From: Cycas panzhihuaensis | Taxonomy: Eukaryota > Plantae > Cycadophyta | Assembly: GCA_023213395.1 (NCBI GenBank) | Contig: CM041465.1 | Coordinates: forward strand, 62,875,741-62,939,740 | DNA length: 64,000 nucleotides | Direction: 5' to 3' | In this document: in pieces, positions 1 through 14,538 of the stretch | Layout of the letters: the number at the start of each line of letters is the position of its first letter | Numbering within the stretch: position 1 is the stretch's first letter | The notes under the pieces: model-generated | Seen by the model: only the letters and a program-made list of their open reading frames with translations | Databases searched by the model: none | Told to the model about the DNA's origin: nothing | Made by a program: the position numbers and the translations under genes

Positions 1-474
1 AATATGCGATAATGTAAGAGTCGAAGCAAAAAGAGACTCATATGATAAGCAATAAATGGTCGTGAGGGGCAGGAGGACCTAGTAATGAGGCTACCTAAGG
101 ACAAGAGCAGGCTACCCAACTACTGGCTGAGCGCAGGTGGTAAAAGGGCACCCTAGGATGCCAAAGGTTATTTTGGAAAGCAAAGAATGACCTGCACGGG
201 AGCATTCCCTTTGGAGACCCCAGGGGTAGGAACAGGCTATAGAAATGAGTCTGAGATGGCGAAATAACAGAGTGGCACATAAAACGAGGTAGAAGGGCCC
301 TACAAAAATGTATCGGTGAGGTGCCATTAATGCATCCATAAGAAAGAGCGAAACGAAGGCTATGGGAGCACAACGGAAGATAGGGCTAGAAGGCAAAGGT
401 GATTGGGGGTAAGAAACGATCCAAAGGGCTATCACAAGAGTGAAAACATAGACAAGAGCTATTGAGCCCTCGCC

Positions 475-481
475 TATATAA
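475..481 (+). promoter_or_regulatory. Putative TATA box of the antisense PMD gene (copy A)
   Basis: TATATAA lies 167 nt upstream of the exon-1 ATG (642). TATA-like words sit at the same spacing in copies B (14148-14155, -), C (27526, decayed TATCTAAA) and D (58960-58968, -). Confidence 0.55.
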
Positions 482-641
482 GGAAAATCGATGAAAACGG
501 GATTCATTTTCATGGGCTTTCAAACGAATCCAGATCTATTTCCTTATGCAGTAGAGCACCACCTGACTTTGGAGGCATAGAGAGGGAGATCAAACCATCG
601 GATCAGAGCTGGAGGACAGCTGTTTAGATTGCGGAGACAAG

Positions 642-3062
642 ATGGCGAGCGCTTGATCAGATCTAGTGAGTGGATCTTCGAAACCATAACCCATCTGACA
701 CTTTAAAATTTACTGCTTTTTATGTTTTTTATGTAGGTTTTTAGGGCCCATATGGGCAAAAAATGACCTCTTGGAGTCCAAATTAGACACAGAGAGGGGT
801 AAGACCAGGCATGACGTAACTCGGTTCCAAAGTGGGACCCGATGTGGCCCACAGGAAGAAAAATTTTATTTTTTTGGGCAGAATCCCTCCCCTTTGGGGA
901 GGTGCTATTCATACCGTGACAAAGATCACAATGTCATGATCTTTGCCACGGGCCCTCATCGCCACAGACCCAAGCTAAACTCCACAGACTCATGAAGTTT
1001 GGCATGGTGCAAAGGCAAAACTATAGAAAAAAGAGAATGGGGGCCCGAGGAACCCCAAATCTTGACCAGGTGAGGCTAAGAGGCAGTCCAGGGAATGAGG
1101 AATGAGTATAGGTCAAGTTCTAACTTGTTTTATGGCATTTTACATGTTGTGACTGCGATGGAGAACTACGAGAACATCAGAATGATGATGCTTAACTTTA
1201 TTGAGATGATGATGAGAGAGGATAGGGAGATCTTGAGGACATGTAGCCTACTAAAGATCACGAGGACACCCCAGTACACATCAGATTAGCATTTATTAGT
1301 TGATATAGTGTCACACTGGGACAGGAGAAGACATGTCTTTCTTTCATCTACCCCAAGTGGAGACATATCTATGACGCCCGGGACATCAGATGATAATCGG
1401 GAGTACCGACCGGGAGGCCTGTGACACTAGAGCACTACTCAAAGAATGAGGCAAAGACATAAGGAGGTAGCTATGTTCTTTACAGGCTTGGACAGGCGAG
1501 ATAGGCAAGGGATTCCTCTTCAAACTATGGTTATGTCAGGAGTTCCTCAAGTGAGGAAGTTGATTACATCAGGCATTCTGCTCCGTGATATCCTAGAAAC
1601 AAAACTATAGAGATATACTAGTAGGGTGGATGACGCAGACACGGCAAGCGAGGCGAGAGAGAGGATGGACTAGGCTACCCTCATAGCGCAAACCTCGCCG
1701 CCGTTGGATGCCATTTAGGTAGCGGGCAAAGGCACTATCATATAGTACCCATCAGAAGTGCCGATCTTTAACCACTTTGGAGCGGTGGTGCCAACAACAG
1801 GACCATACCCTATCTCAAAGTGGGCCCTGATGGTATAAGGTGGCGCACTGTGCTGAGAGGGACCAAGGACTAGGCATATATTCGTCGCTTGGTGGAGGCC
1901 ACATCACTAGACCTCCTCACCATGACAGATTATATAGTGGATCCGCATGCAGTGGTGAGGTGGGATAGGACGACGAGGCAAAGGGGTGAGTGCCCCTGTG
2001 AGATGACGAGGGTGGCGGCGGAGGTGATGGGGCTAACCCATCACAACCCAGAGGAGAGGCAGTTCATCGGGACTGCATAAAGGAGCAAGTCCATTAGGGG
2101 TTGCAGTGGGGAGGCAGCCCATCAGAGCCGTGGAGGAGAGCAGGGCCCAAAGGACACAGCTTATAGGCTGCAGATCGTCAGGAGGTCTGGAGAGGTAGCT
2201 ACACCAGGTACAGAGAGGAGCGATGCCATGGTAGTTAAAGCAAGAGGCAGGAGGTACCCGAGGAGGAGGAGGTACCTACAACTGGTGGAGTACTGAGGCG
2301 CAGGCAACACCGAGTCAAGGAGCTGGAAGCCACACTAGGTAAGACATGACCTTCTCCTATCATCTTTTGATTGCCACATATACATACATACTTTGGTTTT
2401 TAGTTTGATATGTGTATAGACATGTACTAATATATGATATGCTGGATTTGTAGGTATGGAAGATATCCAGAGGTTGGCAAAGGCAGTAGTCCCAGAGGTA
2501 TTCCCTCAAGCATACACAGAGGGGCAACCTCCCATCCAGGTAGGTGATGAGCCTAGATCAGCAAGCGGCCATATGGCAGAATTTACCCCTTTGATATGGG
2601 CAAGAGACTTATGGGTTACAGAGTCCCAGGAGTGTGAGGTACGTGCAGGAGGATAGCAGGCAGAGTTGGATGCCACCTGAGCTGAGAGGGATGCTCTACA
2701 GAGTTAGGTACAGGTGTTGGAGGCTCAAGGAGGAGCCGGAGGGGATATGGGGAGCCATATCTAGCTAGCAGTGATGGAGGAGTGCCTTTAGGGGATGGAG
2801 GAGAGGCTCCACCTCATAAAGATGGAGATGGATCATATCCAGGCCCAATATGATCAATTGATAGAGGACATAGCATTGAGGCTCTGCAGGAAGGTGACAT
2901 AGATCCACATGGTGGTGACGACCCCGAGGAGGCCACGGGACGAGGGGAGCAAGGTATGAAGCTCGCAGAGACTGAGGAGGAGTCTTAGAGGGATGTGTTT
3001 CAAGAGAGGGATCACATCAACTAGGAGATGATGCCCCAGAGGCGGGGTAGCAGTAGAGTAGT
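642..3062 (+). pseudogene. Antisense 3-exon Plant Mobile Domain (PMD, aminotransferase-like) gene of copy A, decayed
   Basis: Exon 1 is 642-665 (MASA*SDL). Intron 1 is 666-1145 (GTGAGT...CTAAC...; acceptor CAG>CAT). Exon 2 contains LLVDIVSHWDRRRHVF..FHLP..GDISMT and LDLLTMTDYIVDPH, PMD-like motifs. Intron 2 is 2339-2453 (GTAAGA..TACTAAT..TGTAG). Exon 3 reads MEDIQRLAKAVV..., coiled-coil-like. Many stops are present. Confidence 0.8.
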
Positions 3063-3780
3063 GTATCTAGTTTTTTATTTTAAATGGGGAAACATGCACC
3101 TCCGTGGAGTTACCATATGTAGTCACATGATTATACCCTCCTCAGAAGGACATCGACTTCCCATGGATGATGTACCATACCATTTGTATAATATGACACA
3201 TGATTTTTGATATATATAGATCGGGTGGTTGGTACCCCATTTGGCATATGATGATGTATATATTGACATGTGATGGATTGTATGTATGTTTCTATTTACA
3301 TATTTATATATGTGTATGAGGGTGCATGGATGCATAAGGATATATATATGATTACACTTTGAGTTGATTATTGTATGAGTGTTGTGTTATGACATTCGTT
3401 TAGGTTATGCATATTTCCTTTCATGCAAGACCATGTTTCTAATAGGAGTATATACGATTACCATGAGTAGAGGTGATGTATATATGTGGGGCTAGGAAAC
3501 AAGGCAACGCGCATGTCCATACAGGAGCATAGTGGGATATGCAAAGGAAATACCAAGAGAATAAGAGTGACGACACTCCCAAAATGTCATCCTAATTAGG
3601 GGATGCCCAAATAAGAGGACAAGGTCCCAAGGGGAATGGGAATAAAGGTTTCATGAGGAGCCAAAAAGAAACGAGAAGGCCATCCTAAGCTATCATTCCA
3701 CCCATGGCTGGAAGGAATGGAAATAAGCTTAAGAGGGTAGTTTAGGCTCATTTCAAAGCGTGGATAAGGTGATGATGAAG

Positions 3781-4950
3781 TCATGTGTAGAATTTCTTGA
3801 GAAATTTCCTGTTAACAACTTTCTCAAACTCAAGGCCCTCCAAGGTGGCGATCCTATAGGCGCTATTATCGAAGCTCTCGAGAACGACAAAGGGGCCAAC
3901 CCATTTGGGTCTGAATTTATTCAAGTGGTCATGGAGATATTCCAATTTGAGGATGTGGTCCCCAGGATACAAAGGATGAGAATGAAGGTGTTTGTTGTAG
4001 GTCCTTTGTGAATGGGCTTTAGATGTGAGGTTAGCCTGATAGGTAACTAAACATCTCTCATCCAAGGCCTCGAGGTCTAAGAGGCAAGCCTGACGGATTG
4101 ACTCCTCATCGATAAGACCTCGAAGAGAAACACGTAGAGAGGGAATCTCCACTTCTAAAGGGAGTACCGCCTCAGTCTTGTAAACTAGGGAGAATGGAGT
4201 CATTCTTGTAGTAGCACGGATAGAGGTATGGTAGGCCCATAATGTAGAAGGGAGCTGAAGGTGCCAGTCTCTTTGAGACTGAGTAATAGTTTTCTTTAAG
4301 ATATTCACAAGAGTCTTATTGAATGACTCGACTTGACCATTTGCCTAGGAGTAATAAGGGGAGGAAGTTTTGTGAGAGATTTTGAATTTCTCACAAAGTT
4401 CATCCATCTCCTTATTACAAAAAGAGGTTCCATTGTCTGTGATTAAGATGTCGGGAATCTCAAAGTGGCAAATGATGTACTAGTAGACGAAAGTAGCTAT
4501 CATCTTACCAGGAGTAGTAATAAGAGGGATGGCTTCTACCCATTTAGTAAAGTACTCCATAGTAGTTAAGATAAACTTGTGCTGCAATGAAGAAGGTGGG
4601 GATATAGCCCCAATGAGGTTTAGACCCTACTGAGCGAAAGGCCATGGAGATATGATAGGATGTAGGGCCTCATAAGGCACATGGGAGATGTTACAATGTT
4701 CCTAACATCATTGACATCTTAAGGCAAAGGCATGGGCGTCCTTGAAGAGGGATGGCCAATAGTAACCCATACGAAGGATCCTCTGGGCCATGGACTGGCC
4801 CCCATAAATGCCATGGTGGCATTCGCAGAGTATTTGGTCAGCTTCGCCAGGAGTAACGCAATAGAGGAAGATCCCATTGAAAGACCTCTTATACAATACT
4901 TCGTCCATAAGGAAGTATTGCTTAGCAGAGGTCTAGATACGAGATATAAC
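3781..4950 (-). pseudogene. Integrase of copy A
   Basis: HHCC region ECHHGIYGG..RILRMGYYWPSL..LRCQ; core and C-terminus DWHLQLPSTLWAYHTS..TPFSLVYKTEAVLPLEV..KWVGPF..LKKFYT. Stops and frameshifts. Confidence 0.93.
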
Positions 4951-5149
4951 TTTATTATCGCTTCGTGGCAAGATTACCATCGTGTGAGGTACCACACGAT
5001 GTCACCATACCACTTGTTATCAATGAGTGGATGGGAAGGAATGCCCTGAATGATCAAAATAGATTCATCAGGAAGAGAATCGTCAATAGGGGCATCGAGC
5101 GAGTTAGGGATAGGGGCGTCTGTGAGCTACTCTGCGACTACCATCCCCT

Positions 5150-6520
5150 TCTTTGATTTCCTGTTAACAATATGAAAGTTGAACTCCTGAAGCAAGATAA
5201 CTTAATGACCAGTCCTACCTGTCAAGTCTGAACGAGTAAGTAGATATCGTAAGGGATCAGACTGGATGATCACCTTGGTAGTATTACCGAGTAAGTAGTG
5301 TCTAAACTTCTGGTCACAGAAACTAAGGAGAGACATTCCTTCTCAGTCGGGGAGTAGTTGAGTTCAGCAGCCACAAGGGTGCGGTTGATAAAGTAAATAC
5401 CTCTCTCGACTCCCGAATCATCCTCCTAAGCCAACATAGCGCCCAAAGACCTACCTGGTCGAGGTATACAGAATAAAAGGCCTATCAAAGTAAGGAGGCG
5501 CCAGCATCGAGCGTAAGCAAGGGCTTCCTTAAGTCCTTCGAAGGCTTGTTGGGTCTTATCAGACCAAATAAATGGGACTCCCTTCTTCAATAGGTTGGTC
5601 AAGGGTTTGGCGCTCACGACGAAGTCTTCCAAGAAGTGCCTGAGGAAACCAAGCCTACCTAAAAACAATTTGATTTGTCATTGGGTTCTAGGAGGCGGCA
5701 TATTAAAGACCCGCTTTGACTTTGTCAGGTCAATCAATTCCTTATTTTGACATAAGAAATCCAAGGAGTTTGCCAGAAGTAATGATAAACATACATTTAA
5801 GTGGGTTTAGGCTTATGTGGTACTTGCGACACCGCATGAAGATAGCCCGCAAGTCTGAGGGATGATGGGCTCTGACACGTGAGAGGCCCATTATGTCATC
5901 CATGAAGACCTCCAACGTGTTGTTGATGAGGTCATGGAAGATAAAATACATCACCTTTTGGTAAGTAGCGCCTGCATTTTTTAGACCAAAGGGCATTGCC
6001 TTGTAGGCAAAGGTACTCTGTGGTGGTGAAGGTCGTTTTGTGGTAGTCTTCGGGAGAGATTTGAATCTGGTTGTAGCCAGAGAAGCCATCCATCAAGGAC
6101 ATGACTTCAAACCTGGCAGTTCGATCAATGATTTAATCGATGAAAGGGAGTGGAAAGTTGTCCTTAGGACATGTATTATTGATATCATGGAAATCAATGC
6201 ATATCCAGATGGTCTCGTTCTTTTTAGCAACATGAATGATATTGGACCTTATTTAGGGTAGTTGATAGAAGTGATAAGTCCAGCATCCAAAAGTTTCTTA
6301 ACCTCTATTTTGACAGTGGTTGAGAGTTTAGGATGGAGAGGATGCTTCTTCTGGCACATAGGACGAGCACCAGGAATGGTAGTGAGATTGTGGATGACGA
6401 TGGAGAGGTCAATTCCCTTCACGCCGTAGTAATTCCATGTAAGGACATCCCGAAACTCCGGAAGAGAAGGGAATATTTCCTTACCTCATTAGGAGAGCAT
6501 GCCACCCCTACCTTAATGAC
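5150..6520 (-). pseudogene. Reverse transcriptase plus RNase H of copy A
   Basis: YKAMPFGLKNAGATYQ, LEVFMDDIMGL, LNPLKC..GKLLGF, FLGRLGFLRHF. The RH end (ILLQEFNFHIVNRK) runs into the integrase linker with no intervening aRH. Confidence 0.93.
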
Positions 6521-7339
6521 CTTACCCAGGGCTAAGACTATGTCTTGGGTTGCCCCCATGCACATGGCATTCCCCTCCTTAGAATGGAGAGGGGCAAGGT
6601 CAACAGGAAGAGACAGACAGAGATGGAATTGGGTCACGAGTGTGGACCCAATTGCCGTGACCTTCTAGTAGCTGCCTATGGTGACCAAAAGGAAAGTTAA
6701 AAGTGAGCCCGCTAAGTGCTCACAAGGTTTATCATCTTCAAAGTAATCCACCCCATGGATGACCTTACTTTGAATAGATGAAGTGCTAGAGGAAATGGGA
6801 GTGAGGGGACCATAGGGGTCATCAGACTGCCCAACATCCTCAAAAGACTCTAAGAGAGAGTTAGGAAGGGGCTCCTTAGAAGGAGCAAAAGGAAGTTCCT
6901 CGAAACCATTGGCTACAAGGGGTGATGGAGAGGAAGAATCAATGAGCTGTGGGTCAATGCATGCAATGACATGCAACACAAGGGGGTAACTAGTCTCTCC
7001 AACAAGAGGGGTTCTAGGTTAGGACCTAGAACAAGAAGGGTGCTTCCTACTAGTATGAAGGAAAGAGATAGGGTGAGGAAAGTCCTCATCCTCGCTAGGG
7101 GACTCATCATCACTAAACAGGGCAAGGTACCTATAGATTTCGATCCCAATAGGACCAAAGCGATTAAGACTAAATGAAGAAGATGCAGGGTCTTCTTCGG
7201 GATGGGATGAATCAGGTATGCCGATGGAGCAAGCTGAGGCATGAGTAGAAGGGCCATTATCTCTCTTTGTATGGCCATGGCTTGGTTGGTTGGTAGGATG
7301 AGTTTGCTTAACAGGTGGGCATTCGTAGGAAGCAACCCT

Positions 7340-7760
7340 CATTCATCCATCATGAACGAACTTAAGTTGCCCCCAGTGGGTTGAACACATGGTTCCCATC
7401 AGATTGAGCCATGGTCGACCCAAGAGAATATTGTAGTCAACATCGATGTGAAGGACTACAATGTTGGCAAGGACAGTCTTACCCTCGAGAGTGAGTGGGA
7501 TCGAGACGGATCCTAATGGGGTCTTTTCACTTACGTCACAGCCTTGGCATCACCATGGAACAGGTTCCAAGGTACAAATGCTAAGCTCTTGCATAACGCG
7601 CAAGGGCATGGCATTAATAGAAGAACCATTGTAAATAAAGGTCCTTCGCAAGGTATAATCTGGTGTGTCAATAATGATGGTGAAAGGGAAGTTCCATTGG
7701 TGTTCCCTTTCACAAGCGGGGGGAAGGTCTTTAGGGTCAAAAGAAATGACAGGCTCATGG
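7340..7760 (-). pseudogene. Aspartic protease of copy A
   Basis: LRRTFIYNGSSINAMP (decayed DNGS motif; copy D has LDNSSSINAMP) and downstream YNILLGRPWLN. Confidence 0.85.
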
Positions 7761-8249
7761 CTTTGGGTAATACCCAAAGCATGAATATGTGCATCACTCA
7801 ACCTTAAAGCTTCCAAAAGGAGAGTTTGTTGTTTGGGACAACTTCTCAAGATGTCCATGATAAACATCCTGGTGGCCATGGTACAAAGCTCGTCGACGAC
7901 AAAAAAGGCCTTCCCCTTTGTTGTGAATTGAGGAAGGGCTCTTCTGAAATCGTAACGACCTGGATGAACCAGAATATTCTTGGGAAGTAACGAGACTTCT
8001 GGAAGAGGATCAGAGTGTGGATCAGAAGAAGAGGCATCAACTACCTCTTTAGCATCTTGAGATCGAGTTAAGGCATATAAGGGGGTGGCCTCAAGCATTT
8101 GAATCACCTTCTTTCCCTTATTTCGGTACCACAAAGGTGAGGGAGTACGATGATCGGGGGAACGCCAAGAAGAAGATGAATCTAGGATGCCCTTTCCTTT
8201 ATCGCGTGAAGGAAGGGAATTCAGAGATCTTCCCTGGTTCTGGTTGTTT

Positions 8250-10430
8250 TTAGGTTGAGAATTATGATCATGTTCCCTATGTTTAGGGAACGGATCCTTG
8301 TGGACTGGTTGGTCTAGGTTGGGCCTTGAGGCCTGTTTAGAGGATGAGTCATGTTGAAGGGCATCCTTAGGATGTTGAGCCTGACAATGTGAGTTGTCAT
8401 GGAAACACTCCTCATGAATGAAACACCACTTCTTCTCAAGTGAGAAATCTGGCTTCCTTGCTTGAGAGGACTACGTGTTACCACCCCTAAGGAGAGCAGC
8501 TTGAGTAGCTTATTGGATTTATTTATTAGAAGTGGGTGATGAAGGAGCTTGCAGTTTAAGTTCCTTCATCGTACGTTTGAATGAACATATAATAGAAGTA
8601 AGCAGATCTAGGGTCTTCTTAGTTGGATGAGAAGAGGACCTAATGGACTATTGTGGTTTGATTTCTTTAGTTTGAGGTGGTTCCTCATGATGCTGTGAGG
8701 GCTTAAGAGGCTTCTTGAGTCCAGCCTGGATCTCAATAGCCTCAAGCACTAAGCATTTTATAATAGCGGAATCACATGTAGTTGCCCCCATCTTAAGGAC
8801 TTCCACATGGACTTCAGGGCGAAGTGCATTAACGAAGAGATCCCTGTTCAATTCCTTAGGTAAAGTAGCCTTAGTGGAATGGAGGAGGTCATGAAATCAT
8901 TGCACAAAGTCACGGTTCATTTCATCGTGACCTTGTTTGAGTGAAAGAAGGGATTTCATTCCACTTTCAAATAGACGAGCTACATCAAAATAGTTGATGA
9001 ACTCATCCATAAGTTGCTGGAACGAGAAAATGGAATGGGTAGGCAGGCAAAAAAACCACTTAAAGGCATTGCCTTGTAGGGATCATGGAAATAATTTTAT
9101 TAGTATGTGATCATAGGCCCAGTAATCGATACACGCCATAGAGAAACTACGGACATGCTTCGTTGGATCCTGTGATGAAGTTCCATCAAACTTAAGAACT
9201 TCAGGGGGATGAGGCGGCAAATTGGTTATTAATGCCTTAATGGATAATGGTGTCAATCTATAATCCATGAAGAGACATGCCCTTGCCTAGACCATAGGAT
9301 CAACAAACGATATGGAAGGTAATGGATAAGGAACGGATGTGGGCAGTAGGCCCATCCCTCCTTGAGGGAATATCCTCGCTAAAAAGGGACTTAAGGATAG
9401 GTGCTTTGGAAGGAAGTTGGGTTTCCTTGCAAAAGAGCAAAGATAAGGAGCTCGCAGATGGGGAAAAGAAGGGTTTGAACTGGGTTTTATCCATATGGGC
9501 TGCCTGTGGGTGGCACAACCCCATATCAATGTAATGGATCCACCCCATAAGCTGGAATATGGTTCCCTTTACTGTGCCCCTAAGGCTGAGAAGTATAGCC
9601 TGAGGGTATGTAAAGAGAGGGGCCAATAGGTTAGTTTTGAGTATACATGGGAGTGGATTCCACATGACTAGTAACAAGGATGTTAGTAGGACCTCTAGGG
9701 CTACAAGGAAATGTGTGTGCTACATTGGGAAGTGGCATGTTGGCTTGACTAGGAAGAGGTATGCTAACCCCTAGCTAGGAGAAAGACATGCCATGATAGA
9801 GTCCCGAAGAGCTAAGACCATGATGAGGAATAGAAGGTGCGACAGACATCCTTAAGCTAGACGTAGGGGTAGAGGAGGATGAATATGTAGGTATAAAAGG
9901 GTTACTTGCCGTGGGAGGTGTAGATGCAGATGAAGATGGTGGGATAGGTGCAGATGAGAAGGATGCCCCACCGTGCAAGATATCTTCAAACCATTTAGGA
10001 TGTGATTGAAGATGAGCAACTCGAAAGCACTCACTAAGGGCTTCAACCATACTCCAAGGGAGAGGTATCTACGTGATCGTAGGAGGTAAACAGGACCTTA
10101 TACGAAGTAGACCCCTTAGGACACTTCTCATAAGAATCACCAACTAGGTGGTGAATCTCGAGAGGAGATGGACCCTCACCGTATGAGTAGAGTAGTGGCA
10201 TTAAGTGGGTGATGTCGATCACCCGTATAGTAAATAAGATCGTCACCCTCTTGGGTGGATCCTGGAATGGATGTGGGGAACTCATGAGCTCCTGAGGTAA
10301 AAGTATGATAAGCCCAATCTGAAGGGTATCCTTCCATTGTTGAACCAGAATCTGATAATGAAAGAAGACGATATGTAGGGTCTTCTAACAATGGAGGCAA
10401 ACCACATAGGCGATGTAAGAAATGTCGCAT
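8250..10430 (-). pseudogene. gag of copy A
   Basis: KFDGTSSQDPTKHVRSF..KLFP*SLQGNAFKWF (Retrotrans_gag-like); CHHC knuckle KWCFIHEECFHDNSHC; Pro/Ser-rich N-terminal region. The start is uncertain. Confidence 0.82.
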
Positions 10431-10575
10431 ATAAAACTTGCCAACACGTTAGCAAAAGGAGAAACATGCAAAGTATGTGTTGGGGGCTACCCGATGAAAG
10501 GAAGAAGTGGAGGAGACTACTAAAAGGTAATAGTACCAATAGGAAAGGGTAGGAACTAGCTCTCTTACTAGCAGG

Positions 10576-10593
10576 TCCCCAGTATGGTCGCCA
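10576..10593 (-). promoter_or_regulatory. Primer binding site (tRNA-Arg-like), copy A
   Basis: TGGCGACCATACTGGGGA lies one base after the LTR end. The same motif is in copy D at 47296, and it resembles Ogre/Tat tRNA-Arg PBSs. Confidence 0.8.
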
Positions 10594-10594
10594 G

Positions 10595-13441
<2,847 letters not shown>

Positions 13442-14538
13442 TATGGCTGGAGCTCCATCAGGCTAAGCAAATCCATCCATCGAGGCCTCTTTTATCTTTT
13501 TCCCCTATCTAGTCTCCACCCTGCATCAAACTCTATGGTACCATAGATATTCATATGGGCCCCATTGAGAAAATCTTATTTCTTAGTAGCCCCACCTCAA
13601 ACTTTTTAGCACCATGACATTTGCTATGAGGCCATGGATACCCCCCTTACAAAGGGGGAGGGGAGGTGGCCTAAAAACTAAAAAGAAAATAAATCTAAGT
13701 GGACTAAACTTGGCCCACTTAGACGAAGGCTACTTAATACCCTAGTCCTCCCCCTCCCTCGACCTCATTCAAGCTTGAGAGGGTCTTGATTGCCCACTTA
13801 GAGGAAGGCTACTTAATGCCCTAGTCCTCCCCCTCCCTTAACCTCATTCAAGCTTGAGGGGGTCTCGATTGCCCTTATGGTGCCCAAAATAAACTCTATA
13901 AACTATAAAAAAGTAATTAAATAAAATTAATAAAATGAAATAGCTAAGGGAAGATCCACTCACTAGATCAAGCCTCATTGTTATCATCTTGTGTCTATGA
14001 TCCTAATGGCTATCCTCTCTCCGTGATCCAATAGTTTGATCTCTCTCAGTGCTCTTGAATCTAACATAGCCTCACTACATAGAGGAAAGGGCTCTAGATC
14101 TCTCATGGGGCCTATGAAAATGAGTCCCATCTTTACCCTTCTCCCCCTTTTTATATGTGGGGACCCTCAGATGCACCATCTTATTACTCCTTATTGCGAC
14201 ATCCCTCAGATCGCCTCATTATCCTCACTCACTTTGTCTTCAAGGTTTGACCCTCATTTCACTCCTATAGCTTTTGTTTTACTCCTTTTTAGTGCATTCA
14301 TGATGACCCCTTTAACGTTATAGAGGCCCCTTCTACTTTATTTTTCACATTGCTCTAAAACATGCACATACTTATACTCATTTGACTCGTTTCAATGCCT
14401 TAAATCCACTTTTTCCATTTGTTTTAACCTTTAGGGATCCCAAGGGAATCTCCTCCTCCCTTTTGGGTCTCCATAGGCCCTTTGGGGATCCCTAAGGGCT
14501 TTGAAGAAGCATATCTTCTAATCTTTTATCACCCTTTC
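13442..14538 (+). mobile_element. Tat copy B fragment: PMD intron 1, exon 1 and promoter region (PMD on the minus strand)
   Basis: Collinear with copy D ~58335-59342. Exon 1 is 13964-13987 (-), MITMRLDL, followed by GTGAGT. Interrupted on the left by copy A and on the right by a copia LTR. Confidence 0.85.

Noticed and set aside
666-736. Short 71-nt version of PMD intron 1 (acceptor TGTAG at 736; 27778/27787 in copy C)
   Set aside because: The downstream frame has stops in copies A, C and D and a 79-nt duplication in copy B. The distal acceptor with a CTAAC branch site restores the PMD frame.
3760-7807. Plus-strand ORFs overlapping copy A pol
   Set aside because: Antisense shadows of pol codons; not conserved as ORFs in copies C or D.
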